Both the position numbers and the translations under genes were made by a program. From the IMG/VR virus record IMGVR_UViG_3300014205_000003, positions 124,070 through 188,069 of that record: 64,000 nucleotides of DNA; one strand, written 5' to 3'. Source of the DNA: a virus (lineage: Duplodnaviria; Caudoviricetes). Below, in pieces: positions 20,382 to 30,632 of this stretch. The notes under the pieces are model-generated. The model was not told the origin of the DNA, made no database searches, and saw only the letters and a program-made list of their open reading frames with translations. Each line of letters begins with the position of its first letter. The first letter of the stretch is position 1.

Positions 20382-22646
20382 GTGAAAGACAAAACGATGG
20401 CTCCTAAGAACATCCCAGTCCTGACACCCGCAGAACTCTCCGACAAGATCTTTGAAGGAAAGTACAAACACTCTAAAGATACTAATCGGGACGATATGTT
20501 CCGACGTAATGCTAAAGCCGCAGCCGCTGTACGGCAGCTAGAAGGTACTGCAGAGGAACTGGAAGAATCCTTCTTTCAACTGATGAAAAAGGAACTCTTC
20601 TTTCCAGCAGGTCGTATCCTATCGAACTTAGGTACTGGGCGGCAACAGGTTACAACATTTAACTGCGCAATTGCAAACACCATCCCGGATAGCATGGAAG
20701 GTATCTTTGACGTCTTGAAGATGGGTGCCTTGACACAGAAAGCCGGAGCCGGTATCGGCTATGACTTCTCTACGATTCGGCCAAAGAATCAACTGGTTAA
20801 AGGTGTAGAGAGCAAAGCGTCTGGTCCTATCAGCTTCATGAAAGTCTTTGACAGCGCTTGTCAGAGTATTATGAGTGCTGGCCTGAGACGTGGCGCAAAC
20901 ATCGCCATCCTTCGAATCGATCATCCAGACATCGAAGAGTTTATCACAGCTAAGTCCTCTGCAGGTGTACTGGAGATGTTCAATCTCTCCTGCGGTTTAA
21001 CTGACGAATTTTTAAAAGCTGTGGAAGAGAACAAGACGTTCGATCTGAGGTTCGGAGGAGAAGTCTACAGCACAGTAAAAGCTCGAGACCTCTGGGACAA
21101 ACTGATCAAGAACAATTACGACTATGCAGAACCTGGAGTGCTCTTTCTTGATACCGTAAATCGAAATAATTCACTTTACTATTGTGAGACTATTTCCTGC
21201 TGTAATCCTTGTGGCGAAATAGTTGGACCTCCCTATGGCGTTTGTCTGCTCGGTTCGATGATTCTTCCCTCGTTCGTAAACAAATATAAAACGTTTGACT
21301 GTTCTAGGTTTTACAGTGCTGTAAGACTAGCTACCCATTTCCTCGACAATGTCATTGACATCTCTAAGTTCCCTATTAAGGAACAAGAGAAAGAGGCTAA
21401 GAACAAACGCCGAATGGGTCTCGGTGTTACAGGCTTTGCAGATGCTCTTATCAAGATGGAAATTCCTTACAATTCCCCAGAAGCCGTTAGATTTGCCTCG
21501 GAAGTAGCTAAACAATTGGCCAACGCTGCGTACGGTGCTTCTTCAGATCTTGCTGGGAAGTTTGGTTCGTTTCCTGCATACGTCGCTGAGAAACATAAGG
21601 AGAGCGTTCCTTACAAAACCCTTGCGTTAGAGTTCCCTGATACTGCGAATAACATCGAGCGTAAAGGTCTTCGAAACAGTCACTTGATTAGTATCGCTCC
21701 TACAGGAACTATCTCGCTACTGGCCTCGAACATCTCTAGTGGAATTGAGCCTATCTTCGCTTACGACTACACTCGTAAATTTCGTACAGCTGATGGTGAA
21801 GAACTGTTCAAGGTCTACGACAAGGTGTACTATGAGTGGCTTCAGGCTAATCCTGACAAGAAGCGTCCTGCGTACATGGTGTCGGTGGATGATCTGACTC
21901 CTGATGATCATTTGAATGTTCAAGCGGCGTTTCAGAAGTGGGTGTGCTCGTCAATCTCCAAGACGATCAACTGTCCTGCAGATATCAAGTACGATGAGTT
22001 TTCTAAGATCTATATGAAGGCATGGAAGATGTCGCTCAAGGGGGCAACGTGCTACCACCCCTCTGGTAAGTTGAAGGCTGTCTTGGTAAAAGACACTCCT
22101 GAGAAGCCTGTAGAAACTCTTCCTATTGTGTCTGACGCTGTTCCAGAACGCCCTGATCAGCTTACGGGTGTGACGTACAAGCTGAAAGACGGTCAAGGTG
22201 TGTCGTACTACATAACCATCAACGATCTCGTGGAGGGCTCCCAAACCAGGCCTTTCGAAATCTTCTGCAGTAGCAAGAACCTTGCTGCCGCTGCAACACT
22301 CGCTACGATGACTAGGCTCCTTTCCACCATCTTTAGGCGTGAGAAGGATATCTCATTCATTGTCAATGAGTTGTCGCAGATTTCAGATCCGTCTGGGGGC
22401 TATTGGAGTAATGGTGTGTTCTACTGCAGTCTCCAAGCACACATCGCCGCATGTATCGACGCTCACGTCCAGGCCCTCTCTAAGAAGGGTGTGTTCAAGG
22501 GTAAGCATGTGAAGGACAAGACAGTTACTCCAGAGTCTGAGAAGAAGGGTAAGGTAACAGATCCTTGTCCTCTGTGCGGCAAGCAATTGATCCGTAAGGA
22601 AAATTGTCTGGCTTGCTCGGAGTGTACGTGGTCCCGTTGCCAATAG
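20382..22646 (+). CDS. nrdJ: Class II (adenosylcobalamin-dependent) ribonucleotide reductase with C-terminal TSCPD-like domain and Zn ribbon
   Basis: PAGRIL, TFNC, GIGYDFS, RRGA, AEPG, NPCGE, IAPTGTIS, SSGIEP, ISKTIN, RPFEIF, terminal CPLC...C..C..SRC. Confidence 0.92.
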   Translation: MKDKTMAPKNIPVLTPAELSDKIFEGKYKHSKDTNRDDMFRRNAKAAAAVRQLEGTAEELEESFFQLMKKELFFPAGRILSNLGTGRQQVTTFNCAIANTIPDSMEGIFDVLKMGALTQKAGAGIGYDFSTIRPKNQLVKGVESKASGPISFMKVFDSACQSIMSAGLRRGANIAILRIDHPDIEEFITAKSSAGVLEMFNLSCGLTDEFLKAVEENKTFDLRFGGEVYSTVKARDLWDKLIKNNYDYAEPGVLFLDTVNRNNSLYYCETISCCNPCGEIVGPPYGVCLLGSMILPSFVNKYKTFDCSRFYSAVRLATHFLDNVIDISKFPIKEQEKEAKNKRRMGLGVTGFADALIKMEIPYNSPEAVRFASEVAKQLANAAYGASSDLAGKFGSFPAYVAEKHKESVPYKTLALEFPDTANNIERKGLRNSHLISIAPTGTISLLASNISSGIEPIFAYDYTRKFRTADGEELFKVYDKVYYEWLQANPDKKRPAYMVSVDDLTPDDHLNVQAAFQKWVCSSISKTINCPADIKYDEFSKIYMKAWKMSLKGATCYHPSGKLKAVLVKDTPEKPVETLPIVSDAVPERPDQLTGVTYKLKDGQGVSYYITINDLVEGSQTRPFEIFCSSKNLAAAATLATMTRLLSTIFRREKDISFIVNELSQISDPSGGYWSNGVFYCSLQAHIAACIDAHVQALSKKGVFKGKHVKDKTVTPESEKKGKVTDPCPLCGKQLIRKENCLACSECTWSRCQ

Positions 22647-22903
22647 TTCATGAAGCAGTACAAACACTCTGAGTATTGTTCTTACGTTCTGCATCACCTT
22701 GCCTGTGATTGTGGTGCAGATCGCAGGACATGGAAAGAGTGGTTAGCTAAGGGGCTGCATGTGAAGAAGGGCGAACACGCTGTAGAGACGACTACTACAG
22801 GTCAAGCTCTCTTTACACACAGTCAGGTTACAAGCAATGAATCAACTATTCAGCGAGGTCGCTGGTGGTTGGATGATAGTGTAAATTGTCATTGGTAAAG
22901 TTC

Positions 22904-23222
22904 TTCGTCAGCAGGGATCATATTGGCATCGAAGGGGTTGTGGTGTTTCGCTAAGAGCTTGCTGACGGTCGAGGTGCTCGAAATCTCTCTTAGCGAATTC
23001 CTTTCCAGGTGTGCCCCAGTTCTCCCGCACTCTTAAGAAACGATCCCAGGGAGAACAACTTACTATTTAGTCTTGTCAGAGGGTTGACCATTGGCGCGGA
23101 GGTCACGTGCGTGTTGTAGCAGATGTTCCTCTGACAGTGTGGTACGATTCGCTCTGCTACAGCTCCTAACAGATAGCCAAGACTCCTCCTACCTGTACCG
23201 TAACGTGCTTAGAGGAGTCACC
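22904..23222 (+). ncRNA. Candidate structured RNA of two tandem pseudoknotted modules
   Basis: Crossing 9-11 bp helices repeated with different sequence in two modules of about 150 nt; no convincing ORF. Confidence 0.55.
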
Positions 23223-23253
23223 TTTCTTTCCCTATCAGCAAATAAGGAATCTC

Positions 23254-23793
23254 ATGTCCGTTTCAAGTATGCCTGAGTACAAATCTCTCTTTGATCTATC
23301 TCAGCAGTCAATCTCCTCAAAGTGCACATCTGTGCACTCTCTCCCCACAACCTTCAAGAAAGTTCTCTGGGCTCCGCACAGCTGGAACCTTGACTTAGGT
23401 GGTGGTCAGTACGAAGATGCTTCTATCTATCTGCAGAAACGTTTTGTATCCAACTTTGTATATGATCCGTTTAACAGGTCGGATGAACACAACGAACGCA
23501 TTCGAGCATACATCATAAGTAGTTCGTTTGATACAGTAACATGTTGTAATGTTTTGAACGTTATTAAGGAAGCAAAGATTCGACATACAGTCATAGAACA
23601 GGCGTACAAAGCATTGAAGCTCGGAGGGGTAGCCTACTTTCAGATCTATGAGGGAGACCGCTCTCAGAGGCAAGGAAAGACTTCTAAGGGCTATCAGTTG
23701 AACTGGTGGACGTCTTCTTATGTATCAGAAATCACTAAGGTCTTTCACGGACTATGTAATGAGTACGCTAATACTCTAGTAGTAAGGAAATAA
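23254..23793 (+). CDS. SAM-dependent methyltransferase-like protein
   Basis: NLDLGGG, YDPFN, FDTVTCCNVLNVI, LKLGGVAYFQIYEG. Confidence 0.8.
   Translation: MSVSSMPEYKSLFDLSQQSISSKCTSVHSLPTTFKKVLWAPHSWNLDLGGGQYEDASIYLQKRFVSNFVYDPFNRSDEHNERIRAYIISSSFDTVTCCNVLNVIKEAKIRHTVIEQAYKALKLGGVAYFQIYEGDRSQRQGKTSKGYQLNWWTSSYVSEITKVFHGLCNEYANTLVVRK
23324..23335. repeat. Palindrome copy 4 (inside CDS; 8-bp arms)
   Basis: agtGCACATCTGTGCact. Confidence 0.85.
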
Positions 23794-23825
23794 CCTAGGT
23801 AGGTATTTTATCTTGTTGCTAATCC

Positions 23826-23842
23826 TATGCTATATTAGTATT
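23826..23842 (+). promoter_or_regulatory. Putative extended -10 promoter of the HTH-tnpB operon
   Basis: TATGCTATATTAGTATT, identical on the minus strand upstream of the cassette 1 HTH (about 19580-19596). Confidence 0.6.
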
Positions 23843-23863
23843 CAATAGAAAGGCTAGGTTATA

Positions 23864-24031
23864 ATGGAATACACATCCGTTAGTAAGGCCGCTAAGATGA
23901 TGGGAGTTCATCCAGACTCAATACGCCGGTGGTTCGACGAAGGGAAACTTAAAGGATACTTGACTCCGTCAAATCAACGTAAGATCTCTGTTGAGTCAAT
24001 TAAGGTTCTTACAGGAGAATCTCCTAAGTGA
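23864..24031 (+). CDS. 55-aa MerR/excisionase-like HTH protein (not in the ORF track)
   Basis: MEYTSVSKAAKMMGVHPDSIRRWFDEGKLKGYLTPSNQRKISVESIKVLTGESPK; GTGA overlap with tnpB. Confidence 0.85.
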   Translation: MEYTSVSKAAKMMGVHPDSIRRWFDEGKLKGYLTPSNQRKISVESIKVLTGESPK

Positions 24032-25341
24032 TAAGAACGACTCGTCACAAACTAACTGATAGTAACGCCCTGAAGCAACAAAGGTTACTTTATGTTTTGA
24101 CTGAGAGTAAGAACGTTGCACAAACGTACTTAGACTATTTGTGGACGTATGGTTGTACTTGGCAAACTAAAGATAGTTTGGGCGCTGGTATCCTACACAC
24201 CCTAGACATATCAAGGAATCTTTTTGAACATCCGTCTATGCTGTCAAACGTAGATTTAGAAAACAGCATTCAGGGATTCTCATCGGCCTTATCGGCGCGT
24301 CTGAAGAAGTGTATACTTACTCAAGTCTTAGGGATAGTTGGAGCATCTATAGAGAAGCAGAAGAAGCGTTTGTGGCAGCTTAACAAAAGCATAACAGAAG
24401 GAAAGTCTTGCAAGCAACTGCTCAAGAAAATCGGACAGAATGCTCCTGTTAAACCAGATCTTTCTAACTTCTCATTAGAACTAAACACACTTTGTGTTGA
24501 CCTCCGACGTTTACAAAACTCGCCGTTCGACTATTTTGTGCAACTTAAATGCTTGGGAAAAGGTATTCCTTCCATTCGTCTTCCCATTAAGTTGCACAGA
24601 GCTGATAGGAAGTTTCAATCCTGGAGAATGCTTACCAGTTTTCTGATTTCAGAGAACGAAATACAGATACGATATGAAAAAGAGACACCGCCAAAGCTTG
24701 AACAGGGCTCGGTAGTAGGTGCCGATCAAGGTTTGAAAACAACCATAACCTTCTCTACAGGCTCTATCACTCCAGCAACAGACCCTCACGGTCATTCCCT
24801 AGAAGACGTCACTCATAAATTGTCTAGACGACGCAAAGGCTCCAAGGGCTTTAAAAGAGCTCAAGACCATCGAAAGAACTTAATCAACTTTCAGATCAAA
24901 CAACTGAACTTAACTGGCATCAAACAAATCAATCTAGAGAAGGTCTGGAACATTGGTTACAAGACTCGTAAAAGTCGATACTTGTCGCATTGGTGTAATA
25001 CACTCATCCGAGACAGACTGATCCAAGCTGGAGAAGAACAAGGGGTCCTTGTGAAACTTCAGCCATCAGTCTACAGAAGTCAGAGATGCAGTGCATGTGG
25101 GTTGGTACGAAAAGCCAATCGAAAAGGAAAGGAGTACAAATGCCTTTGTGGCTTTCATCTAGATGCAGATCTGAATGCTAGTCTCAATCATGTAGTTGAA
25201 CTCCCTGAGATTTCGTTTGACTTTCGTAAGTTGAATCTAAACAGAAAGGGTTTCTATTGGAAACCTGAAGGTCTGTTTGATTTAACTGGTAGGGAGTTTG
25301 CAGTCCCCTATTCCTCACAAGAAACTGACTCTAAGTTGTAA
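24028..25341 (+). CDS. tnpB: TnpB (Cas12f-like) RNA-guided endonuclease
   Basis: GADQG, INLEKV, SQRCSACG/CLCG, DADLNASLN. Confidence 0.9.
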   Translation: MIRTTRHKLTDSNALKQQRLLYVLTESKNVAQTYLDYLWTYGCTWQTKDSLGAGILHTLDISRNLFEHPSMLSNVDLENSIQGFSSALSARLKKCILTQVLGIVGASIEKQKKRLWQLNKSITEGKSCKQLLKKIGQNAPVKPDLSNFSLELNTLCVDLRRLQNSPFDYFVQLKCLGKGIPSIRLPIKLHRADRKFQSWRMLTSFLISENEIQIRYEKETPPKLEQGSVVGADQGLKTTITFSTGSITPATDPHGHSLEDVTHKLSRRRKGSKGFKRAQDHRKNLINFQIKQLNLTGIKQINLEKVWNIGYKTRKSRYLSHWCNTLIRDRLIQAGEEQGVLVKLQPSVYRSQRCSACGLVRKANRKGKEYKCLCGFHLDADLNASLNHVVELPEISFDFRKLNLNRKGFYWKPEGLFDLTGREFAVPYSSQETDSKL

Positions 25342-25360
25342 ATGCTTAGATTTCAGTAAC

Positions 25361-25640
25361 TGTCAAAGCAGGAACTGATACTGTCACATGCTGCAACGTA
25401 TTGAATGTGATAAAAGAGCCTGACGTGCGTCGAAAGGTCATAGAACAGGCCTACAAGGCTTTGAAGATGCGTGGGGTAGCGTACTTCCAGATCTACGAGG
25501 GAGACGTCTCCAGCAGGCCCTGCAAGACCACCAAAGGTTTCCAGATGAACTGCAGAGCTAGTAGCTACATTCGCGAGTTCCATGACGTGTTTCATGGCTG
25601 TGTTAATCAATACTCAAATATTCTAGTAATGAGGAAATAA
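25361..25640 (+). pseudogene. Orphan 3' half of the methyltransferase (diverged second copy)
   Basis: DTVTCCNVLNVIKE...VIEQAYKALK..GVAYFQIYEGD...N.LV.RK aligns with the C-terminal half of 23254-23793; no RBS or start. Confidence 0.85.
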
Positions 25641-25642
25641 GT

Positions 25643-26497
25643 ATGACAGTTGCAAAGATTTACCCAAACAACGATTCTGCTTGTCCTGTCTGTAAAGGTC
25701 CGACAGTCCTTACAGAACTTACATGTCGGCACAAGAAAGCGCTCACATTTGTTCTAAGCTGTAAGAATCACAAGTATTGCTACGAGTGTTCTAGCTCGAG
25801 TGTCTCTACACTTGCTAGTGCGCTCTCAGCGACATACAGCGCTATGAATACACCTCCTCGTATGCAGACTGGATTTCCTACGTGCCCTCGCTGTGGTAAA
25901 CAGTTTATTGAGGTTACGCATGACAGCAACAACTACGACTTCAAGTGTCCAGAGTGCAACTTGTGGAAGATGGCTCCTACATATGCAGAACTCGAACTGC
26001 AGTTGGAAGAGATAGACGCCGATTGTAAGGATTACGACAAGTCTATGGGACGGGCTAACAACATACGAGTCCAGAACGTGGTGAAAGAGAACGAGGAGCG
26101 ATTCAACAACATGCCAACGAATTCTACAGAACTCTCCGACGAGGAGAAAGAGAAGCTCCTTAAGGAAATGAAAGAGACAGGTAAGGGAATCAAATTCGAT
26201 CAGGAAAAGCTTAAGTACTCCCTCCTACCTTGGGATGCTGTTAAAGAGGTTGTGAAAGTACTGATGATTGGTGCACGCAAGTACTCAGCTTCAAATTGGG
26301 TAGTGGTTCCCGGAGCCTCTGGAGGCACTGGTCGATACGCTAACGCGGCTATGCGACACCTTGTTTCCTATATGTCAGGAGAGAAGAATGACCCAGAGAC
26401 AAAACTGTCACATTTAGCGCATTGTGCGTGCTGCATTCTTTTTCTGCTTGCTTATGATCTTAGAGGCATTGTATCTAAACCAGAGGAATCCAAGTAA
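25643..26497 (+). CDS. Zinc-ribbon repeats fused to a dATP/dGTP diphosphohydrolase (DUF5664-like) domain
   Basis: GIKFDQEKLKYSLLP...GARKYS..NW...AAMRHL...DPET.LSHLAH; several CxxC pairs at the N-terminus. Confidence 0.8.
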   Translation: MTVAKIYPNNDSACPVCKGPTVLTELTCRHKKALTFVLSCKNHKYCYECSSSSVSTLASALSATYSAMNTPPRMQTGFPTCPRCGKQFIEVTHDSNNYDFKCPECNLWKMAPTYAELELQLEEIDADCKDYDKSMGRANNIRVQNVVKENEERFNNMPTNSTELSDEEKEKLLKEMKETGKGIKFDQEKLKYSLLPWDAVKEVVKVLMIGARKYSASNWVVVPGASGGTGRYANAAMRHLVSYMSGEKNDPETKLSHLAHCACCILFLLAYDLRGIVSKPEESK

Positions 26498-26498
26498 C

Positions 26499-27620
26499 AT
26501 GTACAAAGAATTCCCCGCTCTGTTCAAGAAAACGTCAACAGGTGCCCTTCAGACCTGGAAAATCTGTGTCGACTACGACAAAATCATCACCTTCTTTGGT
26601 CAGGTCGGTGGCGCAATTCAAGAGACTGCTCCTACGATCTGTCAAGGGAAGAATCTGGGTAAAGCCAATTCTACTACAGGAGAGACTCAAGCTCTCTTGG
26701 AAGCTGAAGCACAGTGGACGAAGAAGCTGAAGAAAGATTATGTCAAGACTCCTGAAGAAGCTATGGCAGGCAAGTCCAGTGAGTTGATCGAAGGCGGAAT
26801 CCTTCCGATGCTTGCTCACAAGTTCAGCGAACAAGGACACAAGATTAAATATCCATGTGCATGTCAGGGTAAGCTTGACGGCCATAGATGTATTGCTGTT
26901 ATTGACGAGAATGGTAAGTGTACTTTGTGGAGTCGTACTCGTAAGCAGATCTTCAGTGCTCCTCACATCGTTGCAGAGATTGAGAAGAAAGCTTTAAAGA
27001 GCTACGTGCTGGACGGGGAGTTATATAACAGTCGATATAACGACAGGTTTGAAGAGCTTACTAGTTTGATTCGTCAGGAAGTTCCTTCCCCTAACTGTAC
27101 AGAGATTGAATATCACATCTACGATTATCCGATAGCGGATAAGACCTTTGAAGTGCGTAATCAGTTATTGCGCACTTGGTTCATGTGGCCTGAGGCAAAT
27201 TCTCATCTGGTTTACGTTGAGACTCTCAAGGTCAACGACGAAGACGAGCTGATGCTTGCCTTCAACAAGTTCCTTGCAGACGGTTACGAAGGTGCTATTG
27301 CACGCAATGTCGATGGCATGTATGTCAATAAGCGTTCGTATGATCTGCAGAAGATCAAAGAGTTCGACGACGCAGAGTTCAAGATTGTAGGAGTTGAAGA
27401 AGGTAAGGGTAAGCTTGCAGGTCATGGGATCTTCGTTTGTGTGACTGACGAAGGTCAGACGTTCAACGCTAAGATGAAGGGTTCTACAGAGGCTCTGAAG
27501 GACTACTTGGAGCATCCTGAGAAGTATATCGGAAAGCTGTTAACGGTACAGCATCAGGGTAAGTCTGCTAGTAAAATTCCCAGGTTTCCTGTAGCTCTTC
27601 ACATTCGTCAAGATGTTTAA
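26499..27620 (+). CDS. ATP-dependent DNA ligase
   Basis: PMLAH, KLDGHRC (motif I), LDGELY, YHIYD, GYEGAIAR, KIKEFDDAE, PRFP. Confidence 0.9.
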   Translation: MYKEFPALFKKTSTGALQTWKICVDYDKIITFFGQVGGAIQETAPTICQGKNLGKANSTTGETQALLEAEAQWTKKLKKDYVKTPEEAMAGKSSELIEGGILPMLAHKFSEQGHKIKYPCACQGKLDGHRCIAVIDENGKCTLWSRTRKQIFSAPHIVAEIEKKALKSYVLDGELYNSRYNDRFEELTSLIRQEVPSPNCTEIEYHIYDYPIADKTFEVRNQLLRTWFMWPEANSHLVYVETLKVNDEDELMLAFNKFLADGYEGAIARNVDGMYVNKRSYDLQKIKEFDDAEFKIVGVEEGKGKLAGHGIFVCVTDEGQTFNAKMKGSTEALKDYLEHPEKYIGKLLTVQHQGKSASKIPRFPVALHIRQDV

Positions 27621-27636
27621 CTGAAAGGACTTACAC

Positions 27637-28530
27637 ATGTCTTATATGCACGTGGACAACCTTTATAAGAACCAGACCGTTATGCTTTTCAAGCAGTGTT
27701 ACGCTATGGAGAAGATTCATGGCACATCTGCTCACATCTCTTGGAAGGCTGGTAAAGTCTCCTTCTTTGCAGGAGGAGCTTCTCACTTAGCATTCGTAAA
27801 GCTCTTCAACATTGAAGATTTGACTGCAAAGTTCACAGAGTTCTTTGGTATCGAGAAAGACGTTACGATCTTTGGTGAAGCTTATGGTGGGAGTATGCAG
27901 GCTATGTCAGCCACATACGGAAAGGTTCTGAAGTTCGTGGCTTTTGAGATCGGTGTTGGAGAACATTGTTTTCTCAATGTAAAAGACGCTCACGAACTTG
28001 TCTTGAAGATGGGACTTGAGTTTGTAGACTACGCAATCATCGACTGTACAGTTGAAGCTCTTGACAGAGAGATGATGAGAGATTCAGTTCAAGCTGTAAG
28101 GAATGGTTGTGGAGAAGGGCATAAGCGTGAAGGAGTTGTTCTCCGTCCGCTTGTGGAAATGCGAACCAGCAATGGTGCGAGAGTTATCTCGAAGCACAAG
28201 AGAGCTGACTTCCAACCTGAACGCAAAAATCAACCTTCTCTTGCAGATCCTGAGAAGCAAGCAGTTTTGACAGAGGCTTCAGAGATTGCGGATGAGTGGG
28301 TTACTCCTGGACGACTGGAACATGTCTTGGATAAACTGTTTGTCAACAATACGGCACCTGACATCACGCGTATGAAGGATGTGCTTGCAGCAATGGTTGA
28401 GGATGTTGTACGAGAAGCTGAGAGTGAGATTGTAGACAGTAAAGAAGTGCGTTCAGCTATTTCACGTAAGACTGCACAACTGTTCAAATCGAAACTTGAA
28501 CACAGCTTGAAGGACACAGGAACTGTATGA
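27637..28530 (+). CDS. RNA ligase, Rnl2 family-like
   Basis: MEKIHGTS, IFGEAYG, FVAFEI, EGVVLRP, KHKR..F, VT..RL.HV. Confidence 0.8.
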   Translation: MSYMHVDNLYKNQTVMLFKQCYAMEKIHGTSAHISWKAGKVSFFAGGASHLAFVKLFNIEDLTAKFTEFFGIEKDVTIFGEAYGGSMQAMSATYGKVLKFVAFEIGVGEHCFLNVKDAHELVLKMGLEFVDYAIIDCTVEALDREMMRDSVQAVRNGCGEGHKREGVVLRPLVEMRTSNGARVISKHKRADFQPERKNQPSLADPEKQAVLTEASEIADEWVTPGRLEHVLDKLFVNNTAPDITRMKDVLAAMVEDVVREAESEIVDSKEVRSAISRKTAQLFKSKLEHSLKDTGTV

Positions 28531-30591
28531 AGACGTACATCTTTCGCAAGATGTTTACGGACTTGTACTACATGGTGGATGCTCGGGGCATTCCGCACAC
28601 TACAGGGAACATTGAGATGGCTCTTGTGTTCCCCAGCGATGTATACAAGGAGCCTTCTGCTAGTGAGTACCTTCAGGAAGATGTTCCTTGTCTGCGAGAG
28701 CTGATTGAAAAAGAGTTGTCTCCGATGAATGAGAGTATGAGGTACAAGTGGAATCACATTTGGGGATCTAAGTGGCTTACAGAACCGGAAGCTGATGAAG
28801 TCTCCTTTGAGACAGCTCTGCAGTGTGTTGAATACGCCTTGCAGGATAATCTGGAAGTAGTCTTAGAGAAGAATGATGATTCCGGCGAGATGATGTGGCA
28901 TGTCGTTGTACATGACAGTGAAAAGTACAAAGATCCGTTCACCTCAGGCTTCTGGATGTGTTCGTATCTGACTAAGAAGGAAGCTGTCAGTGTCTGTGAT
29001 GTCATGAAGTGGAAGATTATGAAATGAGCAAACTCAAACACAGTGAAGACGACTATCCAGCTTGGATCTGTATGAGTTGTGGATGGAAGCTGGGCAAAGC
29101 GCCTAGTGAGAAAGCTATTTGTACATTTCACAACGGTACGTGTGATGTGTGTAAGACTGAGTGTGCTGTAACAGAACCTAGGGACTTCGGTCACCTTAAG
29201 AACAATTGGAGAGAACTGAAGAATGCGTAAAGACTTGAAGGCGTACCGAATGGTTGCAAACGCTCTTGCGCGTAGTGAAGATACTTGCGTGGCAGCGGAA
29301 GCTATTCGAGAGTTGCTGGAAGAGCTGCACAAGGAGTACATGTTTGTTGATGCCTTGAAGCGGACTGTAGAAGCTCGTATTGACTGCTACCACAAGAGCG
29401 TGGCTCTTAAACAACTCTTGGACGAACATGACTAACTACAACAAGTACCATCAGCTGATTGATCAAGGCCGATTGGGGTATGTTACGCCAGATGATCTCA
29501 CAGCGGCTTGTTCCCAGCTCCTCGAGCAGTTGATCAAAGCTGAGAACTGCCTTGTCTCAATTGGCAAGTACTGTCAAGACGATATGCCTCCAGATAGTGA
29601 CGATGCTCGTAATATTCTGCGGAGGGTGGACACGTATGACTGACTACAAAGAGTATCAAGCAGCTCTTGACGATTACTTGGAAGATGAATTTGTAAGTGC
29701 TCGAAACGTTCTGAGCAAATATGTAGATCTTCTTGACCAGTTGAAGTATGCGGAGAAGACGCTTGCAGACATTCGTGAGTATATCGAAAATGATGTGCGT
29801 AATGGTGACAGTCTAACTGCTTACGACATTCTGCAGAAGATCAAAACATATGAACAATGATATAGCTCAAGCAATTACAGACGCTTCCTTTATTGCTGAC
29901 GCTCTATCCAAGAATCATATGTCCAGCAGCGGCGACCAAATTCGAATACTGGTTACTGAGGTGCAAAGACTTCAGAAATGCTCAGAAGTACTTATAGACA
30001 CGATCCACATTCTCTCCGACAGACTAGAAAGTGCTGAGAAGACACTTGCAGACATCAAGCAGGATTGTGAGAGTTGTGCAGAGTGCGATGACGTAGATCT
30101 CATTGTAGAATCCGTTCCTAAAAGGATACAGGCGTATGAAGAAAACCAAAAGCAAAAAGTCTGACAAGTGGATCTTGGAAGTTACTACAGAGCAAGCTTA
30201 CTTGATTCAGCAAGCTGTCGAGCACATGGCGAGAATCCTTGCAGGTCAGCTCTCTGAAGTTCGAAGTGCTGTAGTTTTTCGTCCAAGGAAAGTAGAGAAT
30301 GTGGAAGAACTCGCAGACTATCCAGACAACGAGAAGATTGACAAAGCTCTGCACGACTTGAAAGCTTCTCTCTTTCCAGAGCTTCATCCCAATGCTTCCT
30401 ATGGAGTAGGCTCTAAAGAGTGTCATCCAGACTGTCACAGATATTGGGACTTGTATCAGATAATTCGCAGACCTCTGTTTCTGGATCGCACTAAAGATAC
30501 TGCAAAAGAGGATTCATATAGTGTTCTTGGCAACTCATTCATGCAAACCTCTGACCTTCCTCCAGCTCTCTTCAAGAAACTTGAACAATAA
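28527..30591 (+). CDS. Run of small hypothetical proteins, including paralogs 29428-29643, 29636-29860 and 29850-30164
   Basis: Shared L..AE..L..I..Y motif; overlapping start/stop codons. Confidence 0.6.
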
Positions 30592-30632
30592 CTGTACTTG
30601 ATTCAATAACAGCAACCTAAAGGATAACACAC

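Larger units (their letters stand above)
23514..25360 (+). mobile_element. TnpB cassette 2: replacement 3' half of the methyltransferase + promoter + HTH + tnpB + omegaRNA
   Basis: Right end is a hairpin plus TAAC at 25360; a duplicate gene 3' half follows; left boundary approximate. Confidence 0.75.

Noticed and set aside
20382-22646. Intein or intron in nrdJ
   Set aside because: Length and motif spacing are normal, with no insertion visible
22904-23222. tmRNA, tRNA or cobalamin riboswitch near nrdJ
   Set aside because: No tRNA-like acceptor/T-arm, tag ORF or B12 box recognisable on either strand
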